The position numbers and the translations under genes are program-made. This document shows, piece by piece, positions 42,801-50,883 of a stretch of DNA of 56,591 nucleotides; the stretch's first letter is position 1; each line of letters starts with the position of its first letter. Source of the DNA: an uncultured Mycoplasmatota bacterium (GTDB lineage: Bacteria > Bacillota_I > Bacilli_A > RF39 > UBA660); NCBI GenBank assembly GCA_948466315.1, contig CAOJZZ010000004.1, forward strand, positions 1-56,591, written 5' to 3'. The notes under the pieces were generated by a model. The model had not been told where the DNA came from, did not search any database, and saw only the letters and a list, made by a program, of their open reading frames with translations.

Positions 42801-43842
42801 CTCAGTAAGTATGGATGGTGAAAACTGGAAAGAAGTAGTATCTAGTACAAATTGGGCTTATAATATGACAACTAAAAGCGTAGACTTTGAACCAACAGAA
42901 GCACAATATATTAAAATAGTAGGTAAAGAAACACAATCAGCATCAAGCTCAAACAGCTTTATAGCAGCTAAAATGTTTAACCTATATGAAGATGCTAGCA
43001 ATAAAGTAGAAAAACCAACTGCTGAAATAGCATACAGTACTAAAGAACAAACAAATCAAAATGTAACTGTTACTTTAGTAAATCCAAGTAAAAAAATAAC
43101 AATTACTAATAATGAAGGTAAAGATACATATACCTTTACAGAAAATGGCACATTTACTTTTGAATTTATTGATGAAGCTGGTAATAAAGGTAGTGCAACT
43201 GCAACAGTTGATTGGATAAAAAAAGATGATGATTCATCTAATAAACCAGGACAAGATGATGATAACAACAATGATAACAAACCAGGTCAGGACGATGATA
43301 ACAACAATGATAATAAACCAGGACAAGATGATGATAACAACAATGATAATAAACCAGGACAAGATGATAACAAACCAGGTCAGGATGACGATAACAACAA
43401 TGATAATAAACCAGGACAAGATGATAACAAACCAGGTCAGGACGACGATAACAACAATGATAATAAACCAGGACAAGATGATAACAAACCAGGTCAGGAC
43501 GATGATAACAACAATGATAACAAACCAGGTCAGGATGATGATAACAACAATGATAACAAACCAGGTCAGGATGATAATAATAATGTTAATAAACCTATAG
43601 TAGATGATAATGGTAATACCAATACACCAAATGATACTACTAATACAAACAAGCCAACTGTAGACAATAATACAAATGGTTTAACCTCAAACAAAAATAA
43701 TTCAATTAACACAGAGGTTCCAAATACTAGTGTAGATAATGATATTTATATATATGTATTTACTATTTTAATAATCCTTATCATCTTAAGTATTACTTAC
43801 TTTTATATAAGAAAAACTAATATTAAAAAAGTTGAAAAATAG
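39862..43842 (+). CDS. Large cell-surface protein: NPCBM/NEW2, putative Cys-His catalytic core, F5/8-C (CBM32), D/N-rich stalk, VPNTS + TM anchor
   Basis: RYLSD...GWG...KGVLAHA...DHAVYADAKL; GAVCGG...QPGHAA; NAIDGN..T.WHS; C-terminal sorting-like signal. Confidence 0.8.
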   Translation: MKRIKLVVATMVLLGIVSITTGVGLQLKLSKEKNIIETTPYGYLAYNTEKYRYLSDIEYIKDKTSVGWGNILFDKNINTNINNGLITVNIDGEKKSFMKGVLAHATSTVVYDISSYNYDYFTAYLGVDASAGNNGNGVKFLIYTSKDGENWDLQTAAKPPVLKGTSESIFVKIDIKEAKYLKLYAHNNGNDSSDHAVYADAKLIKEDYVEDTSKVDFIKTVAEYDEIIKSKNISDQLATNELTILQREFVNSVGYDLLQSFVKYNDENKEAISWLMNDVENLRLYIVGGKPEGSYINSIRVLAELHSKYKADFENKEVTKYGTVLGDLYKKMAITLSLTHSKQVALWMQPSAPENQSNAVDRYAIYKKMHKDGHFVASESLDITKWFEEYSVEEMRFVLNNIIDDEEILWLNEYTQKQMDAHPKETWKYLTPHPYMAYVWPNYAKEEFHDPARKNYWDEKFDGIFSKYNVTYRKGLYKVWMNFRNEFGTGAVCGGISKTGSNIRAVHGIPAAVIGQPGHAAIVYYTKDAQGRGYWGIDNDVSGWTQSEKSERMLLGWGNASYTKGSYQVVYMALAQEVLNDYSTFEKSKEMVLVGQSYKGDLRKQEEAYRKALEIQPLNIDAWYELINVYNESENKTEEDYYNLAKELAEELKYFPLPMYQLTNLIKPKLTSVESSYKFTLLQTRILKEASVVPNNTTDNYYVYQPSITRTEANYLLGILDSTIASFSFDGEDAGKIVLSSRFDGNGVRWDYSLDGKNTWKEVAFTANEEHKLKLTEKELESISVDNDIYVHIVGVNYNEENLYKIDIKEQSLPSTIYNNDLENKVIGATDYMEWKMVSNVSTAKSKAKAKSSNGWTSFKDSKPDLTGDKTVSVRCGKHGVYLESEAVTLAYTKDVVDEKRKYISIDHLSIHSVSTQATAQGRHAKNAIDGNIYTNWHSAWNGSDKEKYIVIKLDEVKKLTALEYLPLDGGNGKIKNAVISVSMDGENWKEVVSSTNWAYNMTTKSVDFEPTEAQYIKIVGKETQSASSSNSFIAAKMFNLYEDASNKVEKPTAEIAYSTKEQTNQNVTVTLVNPSKKITITNNEGKDTYTFTENGTFTFEFIDEAGNKGSATATVDWIKKDDDSSNKPGQDDDNNNDNKPGQDDDNNNDNKPGQDDDNNNDNKPGQDDNKPGQDDDNNNDNKPGQDDNKPGQDDDNNNDNKPGQDDNKPGQDDDNNNDNKPGQDDDNNNDNKPGQDDNNNVNKPIVDDNGNTNTPNDTTNTNKPTVDNNTNGLTSNKNNSINTEVPNTSVDNDIYIYVFTILIILIILSITYFYIRKTNIKKVEK
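43240..43575 (+). repeat. Coding tandem repeat: 11 NKPGQDD units as 36-bp and 21-bp variants
   Basis: Order long-long-long-short-long-short-long-short-long-long-partial. Confidence 0.95.
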
Positions 43843-43887
43843 AATCTATTAATACTATAATGATATTAACATAATTACTAATAAAAA

Positions 43888-43928
43888 TATATCTTACTAT
43901 TTCAATATTCGAATAGTAAGATATTTTT
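43888..43928 (+). terminator. Intrinsic terminator after cargo 1
   Basis: ATATCTTACTATT...AATAGTAAGATAT + T run. Confidence 0.75.
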
Positions 43929-44023
43929 AATTTATATAAAAAATACACATTTTAAAAGAATCTAAATATTAGGTTCTAATTTTTATTATAACTTAATAGT
44001 CTTAATCAAAGGAGGAACATATT

Positions 44024-44218
44024 TTGAATATAGTTGATAAATATCATAGCTTTACTGATTCAAAAGAATTGCCTAAAGACTATTTAATTTTAAAATTAAG
44101 AATGTATTTTAATAAAGAATTATATCAAAAAAGAATTATTTCTTTTGAAATCTATAATAACATGCAAAATCTATTAATAAAAAAAATGAATAAAATAATT
44201 ATGGATAATAGAGTATAA
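44024..44218 (+). CDS. Small protein upstream of recombinase 1 (candidate recombination directionality factor)
   Basis: SD AAAGGAGG, TTG start, 64 aa, SHOCT-like ELYQKRIISFEIY. Confidence 0.65.
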   Translation: MNIVDKYHSFTDSKELPKDYLILKLRMYFNKELYQKRIISFEIYNNMQNLLIKKMNKIIMDNRV

Positions 44219-44266
44219 ATAATTAAAATATATTTTTAATATTTTAATAAAAGGGGATGAGACTCA

Positions 44267-45901
44267 ATGGATATAATAAAAGCAAGAAAGGAATTATTAC
44301 TTGGAAAAACTATATATGATATGAACTTAAGAGTAGTTGATTACGGCAGGGTATCAACAGATAAAGATAATCAAGTAAATTCCCTTACTAATCAGATTAA
44401 CTATTTTAATGAAATGATCTCTAGTATCAAAAACTGGACTCATATAAGAAGTTATAGTGATGAAGGAATAAGTGGAACGAGAGTAGAAAAAAGAGAAGAA
44501 TTTTTAAGAATGATAGAAGATGCAAGACTTGGCAAAATTGATTTAATATTAACTAAAGAAGTATCTAGATTTGCTCGTAACACTATTGATAGTATTAGTT
44601 ATACTCAGACCTTATTAAAGTATGGTGTAATAGTCTTTTTTATCTCAGATAATATAAATACTCTTTACCCTGATAGTGAATTTAGACTAACTCTTATGGC
44701 GAGTATGGCTCAAGATGAAGTTAGAAAGTTATCAGAAAGAGTTAAGTTTGGTATTAAAAGAAGTATTAAAGATAGAAAGGTAGGCGGAGGGGGACTTTAT
44801 GGTTATATAAAAAAAGATTGTAAACTAATAATAAATGAGAAAGAAGCTCCTGCTGTTAGGATGCTATATTCCTTATATTCAAGTGGAGAATATGGTTTTA
44901 AGAAAATAGGAGAAGAACTAGCAAGTAATGGTTATTACACTAAAAAGGGCAAGATTTTTAGTGATACTACTCTAAAGAAAATGTTAAATAATCCAAGATA
45001 TAAAGGTTATTATACAGCTAATATGTCAGAAGTAGAAGATTATAAAACTCATAGAAAAGTAAAAAAGCCTAAAGACGAATGGATTATCGAAAAAGATAAA
45101 AAAGGAGATGTTCCCGCTATTGTCAGCGAAGAACTATGGGAAAAAGCTAATGAAATATATAAAGAAAAAAATAATAAATGGAATAAAAACGTTTTAAATA
45201 AGGAGTATTATTTAGAAAATAGAAATTATACTTCTAAAATATTTTGTATAGAACATAAAAAAACATTTATCAGAAGTGCCAGTGGTAAAAGAAAAAACAA
45301 TCCAGTATGGCAATGTGGTGAGTATTTAAGAAACGGAATAAAGGGTTGTGCTTCTCCACGTTTATTTGAAAAAGACTTAAATAATATTTTTTCTAAAATA
45401 ATAGAAAATATTATTGATAATAAAGAAACACTTTTGAATATGATAATAAACGATTATATTACTCTAATAAAAGATAATAATACAAATAATAAGCAGTATT
45501 ATTTAAAACAAAAACTACAAGAACAACAAATATATAAAGATAAATTATTCGATATGTTTTTAAAGGAATTAATAACAGATATTGAGTTCTTAGAAAGAAA
45601 TAATAAAATATCCTCAGAAATTTCCACTATTAAAAAAACTATAAATAAATTAGAAGCTAATCAAAATTCTTTAGAGTATTATGAAAAGGAAAAATCTAAA
45701 ATAAGCAAAGAAATCTTACTCTTATTAAATATAGAAGATAATATAGGAAAATATTTTAACTTATTTATTAATAAAGTTTTAGTTAGTAAGATAAATAATA
45801 ATAGAAAAAATATTAAATTAACCATAATATTTAATTATAAATACCCTAATAAAGATGTAGAATTTATATATAACAACAAAGATATCTTAATAACAAATTA
45901 A
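44267..45901 (+). CDS. Large serine recombinase 1 (SpoIVCA-like architecture)
   Basis: YGRVST, DEGISGT, KEVSRFARN, recombinase domain, C..H...C...C zinc ribbon, coiled coil. Confidence 0.96.
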   Translation: MDIIKARKELLLGKTIYDMNLRVVDYGRVSTDKDNQVNSLTNQINYFNEMISSIKNWTHIRSYSDEGISGTRVEKREEFLRMIEDARLGKIDLILTKEVSRFARNTIDSISYTQTLLKYGVIVFFISDNINTLYPDSEFRLTLMASMAQDEVRKLSERVKFGIKRSIKDRKVGGGGLYGYIKKDCKLIINEKEAPAVRMLYSLYSSGEYGFKKIGEELASNGYYTKKGKIFSDTTLKKMLNNPRYKGYYTANMSEVEDYKTHRKVKKPKDEWIIEKDKKGDVPAIVSEELWEKANEIYKEKNNKWNKNVLNKEYYLENRNYTSKIFCIEHKKTFIRSASGKRKNNPVWQCGEYLRNGIKGCASPRLFEKDLNNIFSKIIENIIDNKETLLNMIINDYITLIKDNNTNNKQYYLKQKLQEQQIYKDKLFDMFLKELITDIEFLERNNKISSEISTIKKTINKLEANQNSLEYYEKEKSKISKEILLLLNIEDNIGKYFNLFINKVLVSKINNNRKNIKLTIIFNYKYPNKDVEFIYNNKDILITN

Positions 45902-45948
45902 AAAACGATTATTTTTTAGCTAAAAGTATCTCTTGCTTTACTCAAAGA

Positions 45949-46146
45949 AACCCAGGGTTTGTAAAATTAGGACAATTACTTGGTAAAAAACGTTTATTCT
46001 CCTACTTAGATAAGTTTGGTTTTGGTTCTAAAACTGGAATAGATTTAAATGGAGAGGGTAAAGGTATTATTTTTAATCTTGATAAAGTAGGTAATGTCGA
46101 ACTATCTACTACTGCCTTTGGTCAAGGAGTAAGTGTAACTCCTATT
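45949..46146 (+). CDS. spoVD: SpoVD fragment 2 of 3 (66 codons, no start codon; not in ORF track)
   Basis: Manual translation NPGFVKLGQLLGKKRLFSYLDKFGFGSKTGIDLNGEGKGIIFNLDKVGNVELSTTAFGQGVSVTPI. Confidence 0.93.
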
Positions 46147-46277
46147 CATCTTACTGTCTATTAAATGATACCTTTGCTCTAACGAAAGGAATAACTAGTA
46201 AATATACAAAGAAATTATAAATATATTTGGCAAGAGAATTAATTTTATAGTGTATAATTTTGTATTATTTAGGGATT

Positions 46278-46321
46278 AAATAGCAAAAACGTTTGCTATT
46301 TTTGTAATTATGTTGTATAAT
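46278..46321 (+). promoter_or_regulatory. SigA-type promoter of cargo 2 with a palindrome over the -35
   Basis: TTGCTA-17-TATAAT; AAATAGCAAA-AACG-TTTGCTATTT. Confidence 0.55.
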
Positions 46322-46347
46322 AATACCCACTTAATGAGGGGGATAGA

Positions 46348-48033
46348 ATGAAAAAGAAATTATTAGAGAAAGCAAGATCGATTATATTCTTAGGAGGACT
46401 AAGTACCTTATGTATTACAACTAGCTTATCTTCACTTTCTAAGTCACAATATAAAATAGTAAAAGAATCAAAAATAGGTACAGTATTAGAAAAAGAACCA
46501 GTACTAGCTAACTATTTTACAACTGGTGAATGGTTATCAGAAGATGCCCTACTAAGAATAAATCAAATCTGTAATATACCAGTAGCACCAGTAACAACAC
46601 CATATGATCCAAGGTATTTAGATATTTTAGGTATTAATAAAGAAAATACTAAAAAAACTTATGAAAGTTTACAAACTATTAAAGCAAATAGAAAACATCG
46701 TAATACTAAATATTATGATGAAGAAAAAGATGATATTAAATGGGAATTATTAGCTGAAGATTGTTATACAAGAAGTGTTAATTATAAAGAACCAGACAAT
46801 AATGGTATAATATTAGACCAACCATTTTCAAAAGAAGAAATAAAAGAAAAAATAGCTAATATAAAACAACTTACTCAAAATCTATGTAAAGATTTTAAAG
46901 AATTCGATATAAAGGAATTTGCCTGTACCTTAGCAGATTATAAATTCATCAAAAAATTAGACTATGTTAGTACAGCTTTAGCTTATACAACTAATGATAC
47001 TGTTACATATAATACTTTATTTACACATAGCTTGACAAAAGATGAAATAAAACCTATAGATTTGCATGAGAATTTTCATATTGCAGTAAATGGATGTAGT
47101 GATAAAAATACTGGTTTATCATCTAAAAAAAGGGGTATTAGTGTTCAAAATAAAGATGATAAAAACGTTAGTAATGATAATTTACTATGTATAGATAACT
47201 CTTCTTATAATTATAATAACAGTTATAGTTATAATTTTTTAGAAGAAATATATGCAGAGCTTTATAGTAATAGTGTTTTAAAAACAAAACAACAAAACTA
47301 TATAAATCATGATGAAATACTAAATGCTCTTCAAATAAGTTTAGGATTAAGGTCAAATTACCAAATAGATGATATTTTACAAGATTTAGTCTACCATGAC
47401 CCATTATCATTTATTAAACGTTTCCCAAGCTTTGGAGAAAGAAAGGAAGACTATGTTGTTGATAATTGTAAAATGTTAAAAGCTTATGATATCTTATTAA
47501 GTGATAAGTCACTATATAGTCAACTTCTAGAAAATTCTGATCTATCAGATATTTATAACTATGATAGTGTTAATAGTCTAGCCTTATTTGCTAGTAGTCA
47601 ATTAACTAAAAACTATTTTAATAATTTAATTGTTATGAACGAAATGCATTCAAAAGATATGGAACTAGAAGATAATTATTATATGATAAACTTATTTGAG
47701 AATACCTTAAAAAATACTTTAAAAGCTATTAAAGAAGTTAATCCAAAGTTATCAATAAGAATTAATGATACAGCATTTTATCAAACTAGAACTACTTTTT
47801 TAGGTTATTTAAGTGATAAATATAAACTTTTTCCAAAAGATGTTGAAAGTAAATACTATAGAGAATATAGTTATACAGTTCCACCAAAAGATTACCAGGG
47901 ACCATCATTTTTCGATGACAATAAAAGGTTATATTACATGACTTTATTAAAAGAAGGAGAAAATCACAATATTAAAGCACCATACAATCTACCAATAGGA
48001 ACTTCATATAAAGTCCACAAAAAAACAAAATAA
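46348..48033 (+). CDS. Secreted hypothetical protein, possible zinc metallopeptidase
   Basis: Signal-like N-terminus; HENFH (HExxH) with downstream EEIYAE. Confidence 0.6.
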   Translation: MKKKLLEKARSIIFLGGLSTLCITTSLSSLSKSQYKIVKESKIGTVLEKEPVLANYFTTGEWLSEDALLRINQICNIPVAPVTTPYDPRYLDILGINKENTKKTYESLQTIKANRKHRNTKYYDEEKDDIKWELLAEDCYTRSVNYKEPDNNGIILDQPFSKEEIKEKIANIKQLTQNLCKDFKEFDIKEFACTLADYKFIKKLDYVSTALAYTTNDTVTYNTLFTHSLTKDEIKPIDLHENFHIAVNGCSDKNTGLSSKKRGISVQNKDDKNVSNDNLLCIDNSSYNYNNSYSYNFLEEIYAELYSNSVLKTKQQNYINHDEILNALQISLGLRSNYQIDDILQDLVYHDPLSFIKRFPSFGERKEDYVVDNCKMLKAYDILLSDKSLYSQLLENSDLSDIYNYDSVNSLALFASSQLTKNYFNNLIVMNEMHSKDMELEDNYYMINLFENTLKNTLKAIKEVNPKLSIRINDTAFYQTRTTFLGYLSDKYKLFPKDVESKYYREYSYTVPPKDYQGPSFFDDNKRLYYMTLLKEGENHNIKAPYNLPIGTSYKVHKKTK

Positions 48034-48069
48034 ATTAATATGAAAAGTAATTCAGCTTATTTATATTAG

Positions 48070-48137
48070 ACTGCCTTCAAAATTTTTCGACTTTGAAGGC
48101 AGTATGAGAACTAGTAAAAGACTAGTTCTTTTTTTTG
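48070..48137 (+). terminator. Two tandem hairpins/terminator after cargo 2
   Basis: ACTGCCTTCAAA...TTTGAAGGCAGT, then AGAACTAGT-AAAAG-ACTAGTTCT + T run. Confidence 0.8.
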
Positions 48138-48253
48138 TATTCTGATAATAAACTAAAAAGAAGGGATTAATTATATAACTAAAATTACTAATAGAAAGAA
48201 ATAATTAAAATAATTTATCATATTTATAATATTGATTATAAAAGGGGAATAAT

Positions 48254-48412
48254 ATGGATTTAATAAACAAAATATCATCACGAATTATTGAATTAGAATT
48301 ACAGATAAAACTTCTAGATTATTTAAAAAGAACAGAAGAAATAGAAAGTGATATGTATGATTATCTAGTAAATAAATTACTTATAAAAATAAATCAAGAA
48401 AAGAAAAGTTAA
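48254..48412 (+). CDS. Small protein upstream of recombinase 2 (52 aa; candidate directionality factor; not in ORF track)
   Basis: SD AAAGGGG; MDLINKISSRIIELELQIKLLDYLKRTEEIESDMYDYLVNKLLIKINQEKKS. Confidence 0.65.
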   Translation: MDLINKISSRIIELELQIKLLDYLKRTEEIESDMYDYLVNKLLIKINQEKKS

Positions 48413-48450
48413 TATAGTATAAATATTTACTAAATTAGGAGGCTGATATT

Positions 48451-50079
48451 ATAGATTTATATACAGTAAGAAATAATATCCTAAAAGGAAAATCTATTCA
48501 AGAGTTAAATTTACGAGTATGCTTTTATGCTAGAGTATCAACAGAAAAAGATGAACAACTTCACTCATTAACTGCTCAAATATCTTTTTTTAAAGATTAT
48601 ATAAAAAAAATTCCTAACTGGAAATACATTGATGCCTATATAGATGAGGGAATTAGCGGAACTAGAGTAAAAAAACGTGATGCTTTTTTAAAAATGATAA
48701 ATGATGCTAAAAACAATAAATTTGATTTAATTCTTACTAAAGAAATTTCAAGGTTTTCAAGAAATACTCTAGATAGTATTAAATATACTCAAGAGTTATT
48801 AGAAAATGGAGTAGGTGTTTATTTTTTAAATGATAATATTAATACAATATTACCAGACTCTGAATTAAGATTAACTATAATGGCTAGTGTTGCCCAAGAT
48901 GAGGTTAGAAAGCTATCAGAAAGGGTTTCCTTTGGTATGAGACGCAGTATAGAAAATGGTGTTGTATTAGGCTCTTCTAATATTTATGGTTTTACTAAAG
49001 AACATGGCAAATTAATAATAGATCAAAAAGAATCTCTTATGATTAAACTAATTTTTGATAAATATGCTAATACAAATGATGGCTTATCAAAAATATCAAA
49101 AGATTTATATCTTCTCGGTTATAAAAGTAAAACAGGTAAAAGAATAGATCCAACTATATTAACAAGAATTATCAAAAACCCTAAGTACAAAGGATATTAC
49201 TGTGGTAATAAAAGTAAAATAATTGACTATCGTAACAAAAAAAAGAAAAGTCTTGACCAATCAGAATGGATAATTTATAAAGATCAAAAAAATATTCCCG
49301 CTATTATTAGTGAAGAATTATGGGAAAAGGCTAATGAAAAATTATTAAAAAGACAAAAAAGTATTAAAAACAAAGTACAAGATAAAGCAATCTTTCAAAA
49401 TAGATATACTTATTCTGGAAAATTATATTGCCATAATCATCAATTAACTTATCACAGAAATGGTGCTGGTAAAAGAAAAGAAAATCCAGTTTGGGAATGC
49501 CAAGTATATCGTAAAGAAGGATTAAAAAGTTGTAATAGCCCAAGAATATATGAAAAGGAATTAGATAAAATTTTTTATTATATATTTTCAAAAATTCTAA
49601 AAAGTAATCAAAAAATAACAGAAGATTTATTAACTGAGTGTCAAACTTATTTAAAAAATCAAAATAGTATGACAAAAATAAAAGAATTAAAAACAAAACT
49701 AGAAGAACTTGAATTAAAAAAGAAAAAATTATTAGAATTACTAATAGATGATATCATAGAAAAAAAAGAATATCAGAGCCAAATTGTTTTATTGAAAAAG
49801 AAATCAGATGAGTATAATAGAAAAATAAAAGAAATAAAAAACATTTCAAATAATAAGCATACCATTAGAAAAAAGATCACCAACCTACAAAATAGTTTTA
49901 AAAATTGTCTTCAAGATAAAGAATGTTTTAAATCATTTTTTACTGAAATAGTTGACTATATTATAGTTTGTCAAAAAGATAGTATTAATAAAAAACAATC
50001 AATTTTAAAAATAGTTCTTAAAACTGGTAATAATTTAATAGTAACCAGTAATAATTTAGGTAAGGAGTATCATTTTTGA
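48451..50079 (+). CDS. Large serine recombinase 2 (542 aa from an ATA start)
   Basis: Frame is open 81 codons upstream of the track ORF and includes catalytic YARVST and DEGISGT; SD AGGAGG 8 nt before ATA; clear paralog of recombinase 1. Confidence 0.93.
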   Translation: MDLYTVRNNILKGKSIQELNLRVCFYARVSTEKDEQLHSLTAQISFFKDYIKKIPNWKYIDAYIDEGISGTRVKKRDAFLKMINDAKNNKFDLILTKEISRFSRNTLDSIKYTQELLENGVGVYFLNDNINTILPDSELRLTIMASVAQDEVRKLSERVSFGMRRSIENGVVLGSSNIYGFTKEHGKLIIDQKESLMIKLIFDKYANTNDGLSKISKDLYLLGYKSKTGKRIDPTILTRIIKNPKYKGYYCGNKSKIIDYRNKKKKSLDQSEWIIYKDQKNIPAIISEELWEKANEKLLKRQKSIKNKVQDKAIFQNRYTYSGKLYCHNHQLTYHRNGAGKRKENPVWECQVYRKEGLKSCNSPRIYEKELDKIFYYIFSKILKSNQKITEDLLTECQTYLKNQNSMTKIKELKTKLEELELKKKKLLELLIDDIIEKKEYQSQIVLLKKKSDEYNRKIKEIKNISNNKHTIRKKITNLQNSFKNCLQDKECFKSFFTEIVDYIIVCQKDSINKKQSILKIVLKTGNNLIVTSNNLGKEYHF

Positions 50080-50089
50080 GACTACTATA

Positions 50090-50752
50090 CAGCAAGTAAC
50101 AGCTGTTTCTGCAGTAGTTAATGGTGGTTATCTATATGAGCCATATATTGTAAAAAGTATTTCAGAAAATGAAACAAATACTATTATTAAGGAAAATAAT
50201 AAAAATTTAGTTCGTAAAGTAATCAGTAGTGACACCTCAAGGATTATGCGACACGCTCTAGAAAGTGTCGTGGCTAAAGGGGGAGGAAAATCAGCCTATA
50301 TTGAAGGATATCGAATTGGTGGTAAAACAGGAACAGCCCAAAAGGTAAAAGATGGCAGATATTTAGTTGGAAATTATATTATGTCCTTTATGGCTGTAGT
50401 ACCATCAAATGATCCAGAAGCAGTATTGTACTTAGCTATAGATAATCCTAAAAATACAGCCCTTTTATCTAGTTATACAACAACTCCGATTGCTAGAAGA
50501 ATCCTTCTAGATATAATAGATGCTTTAGGAATTGAAAAACAAGAAAATGCCATGCCTAAAGACTTAGAATGGACGGATAAAGTAACTTATGAAGTTCCAA
50601 ATGTAGTAGGAAAATCAGTTGATGAAGCTAAGAAATTATTATCAAACTTTACTATTGAATACTCAGGAACAGGAGAAACTGTTGTAGAACAATCACCTAA
50701 GGCTAAAGAAAAACTAGAAGATCAAGGAACTGTAAGGCTATTATTAGAATAA
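50090..50752 (+). CDS. spoVD: SpoVD fragment 3 of 3 (220 aa; KTG motif + PASTA)
   Basis: QQVTAVSAVVNGGYLYEPYIVK... in frame with track ORF 50246; GYRIGGKTGTAQKVKDG. Confidence 0.93.
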   Translation, partial: QQVTAVSAVVNGGYLYEPYIVKSISENETNTIIKENNKNLVRKVISSDTSRIMRHALESVVAKGGGKSAYIEGYRIGGKTGTAQKVKDGRYLVGNYIMSFMAVVPSNDPEAVLYLAIDNPKNTALLSSYTTTPIARRILLDIIDALGIEKQENAMPKDLEWTDKVTYEVPNVVGKSVDEAKKLLSNFTIEYSGTGETVVEQSPKAKEKLEDQGTVRLLLE

Positions 50753-50883
50753 AAGATTTGAAAATACGAAATATTTAAATAATTTTTACGAACAAGTACT
50801 TTTTAAGTCCTAAAAAATTACTTATCAAAATAAAATTAAGTACAAAAAATAAAATATATGATACAATAATATAAGGTGATACT

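Larger units (their letters stand above)
39477..45948 (+). mobile_element. spoVD-intervening element 1 (6472 bp; large serine recombinase)
   Basis: AACC duplicated at 39477 and 45949; terminal IR AGCAAAAGATACTTT (39490-39504) / AAAGTATCTCTTGCT (45923-45937); precise removal restores NSCNPGFVKLG. Confidence 0.92.
46147..50089 (+). mobile_element. spoVD-intervening element 2 (3943 bp; large serine recombinase)
   Basis: Junctions ACT CCT ATT CA|T and ACT ACT ATA CA|G; IR AAATGATAC (46163-46171) / GTATCATTT (50067-50075), each 14 nt from CA; removal restores VTPIQQVTAVSAVVNGG. Confidence 0.92.

Noticed and set aside
43226-43600. CRISPR array, or real overlapping ORFs (43226 +, 43234 -)
   Set aside because: No unique spacers; it is an in-frame coding repeat and the extra ORFs are its shadows
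39477-50089. Prophage, ICE or self-splicing intron as the insert type
   Set aside because: No structural, replication, conjugation, RT/maturase or homing endonuclease genes; only serine recombinases and cargo
38433-50752. spoVD pieces as a decaying pseudogene or as separate PBP genes
   Set aside because: The pieces are non-overlapping, stop-free and join in frame exactly at the IR symmetry centres next to recombinases
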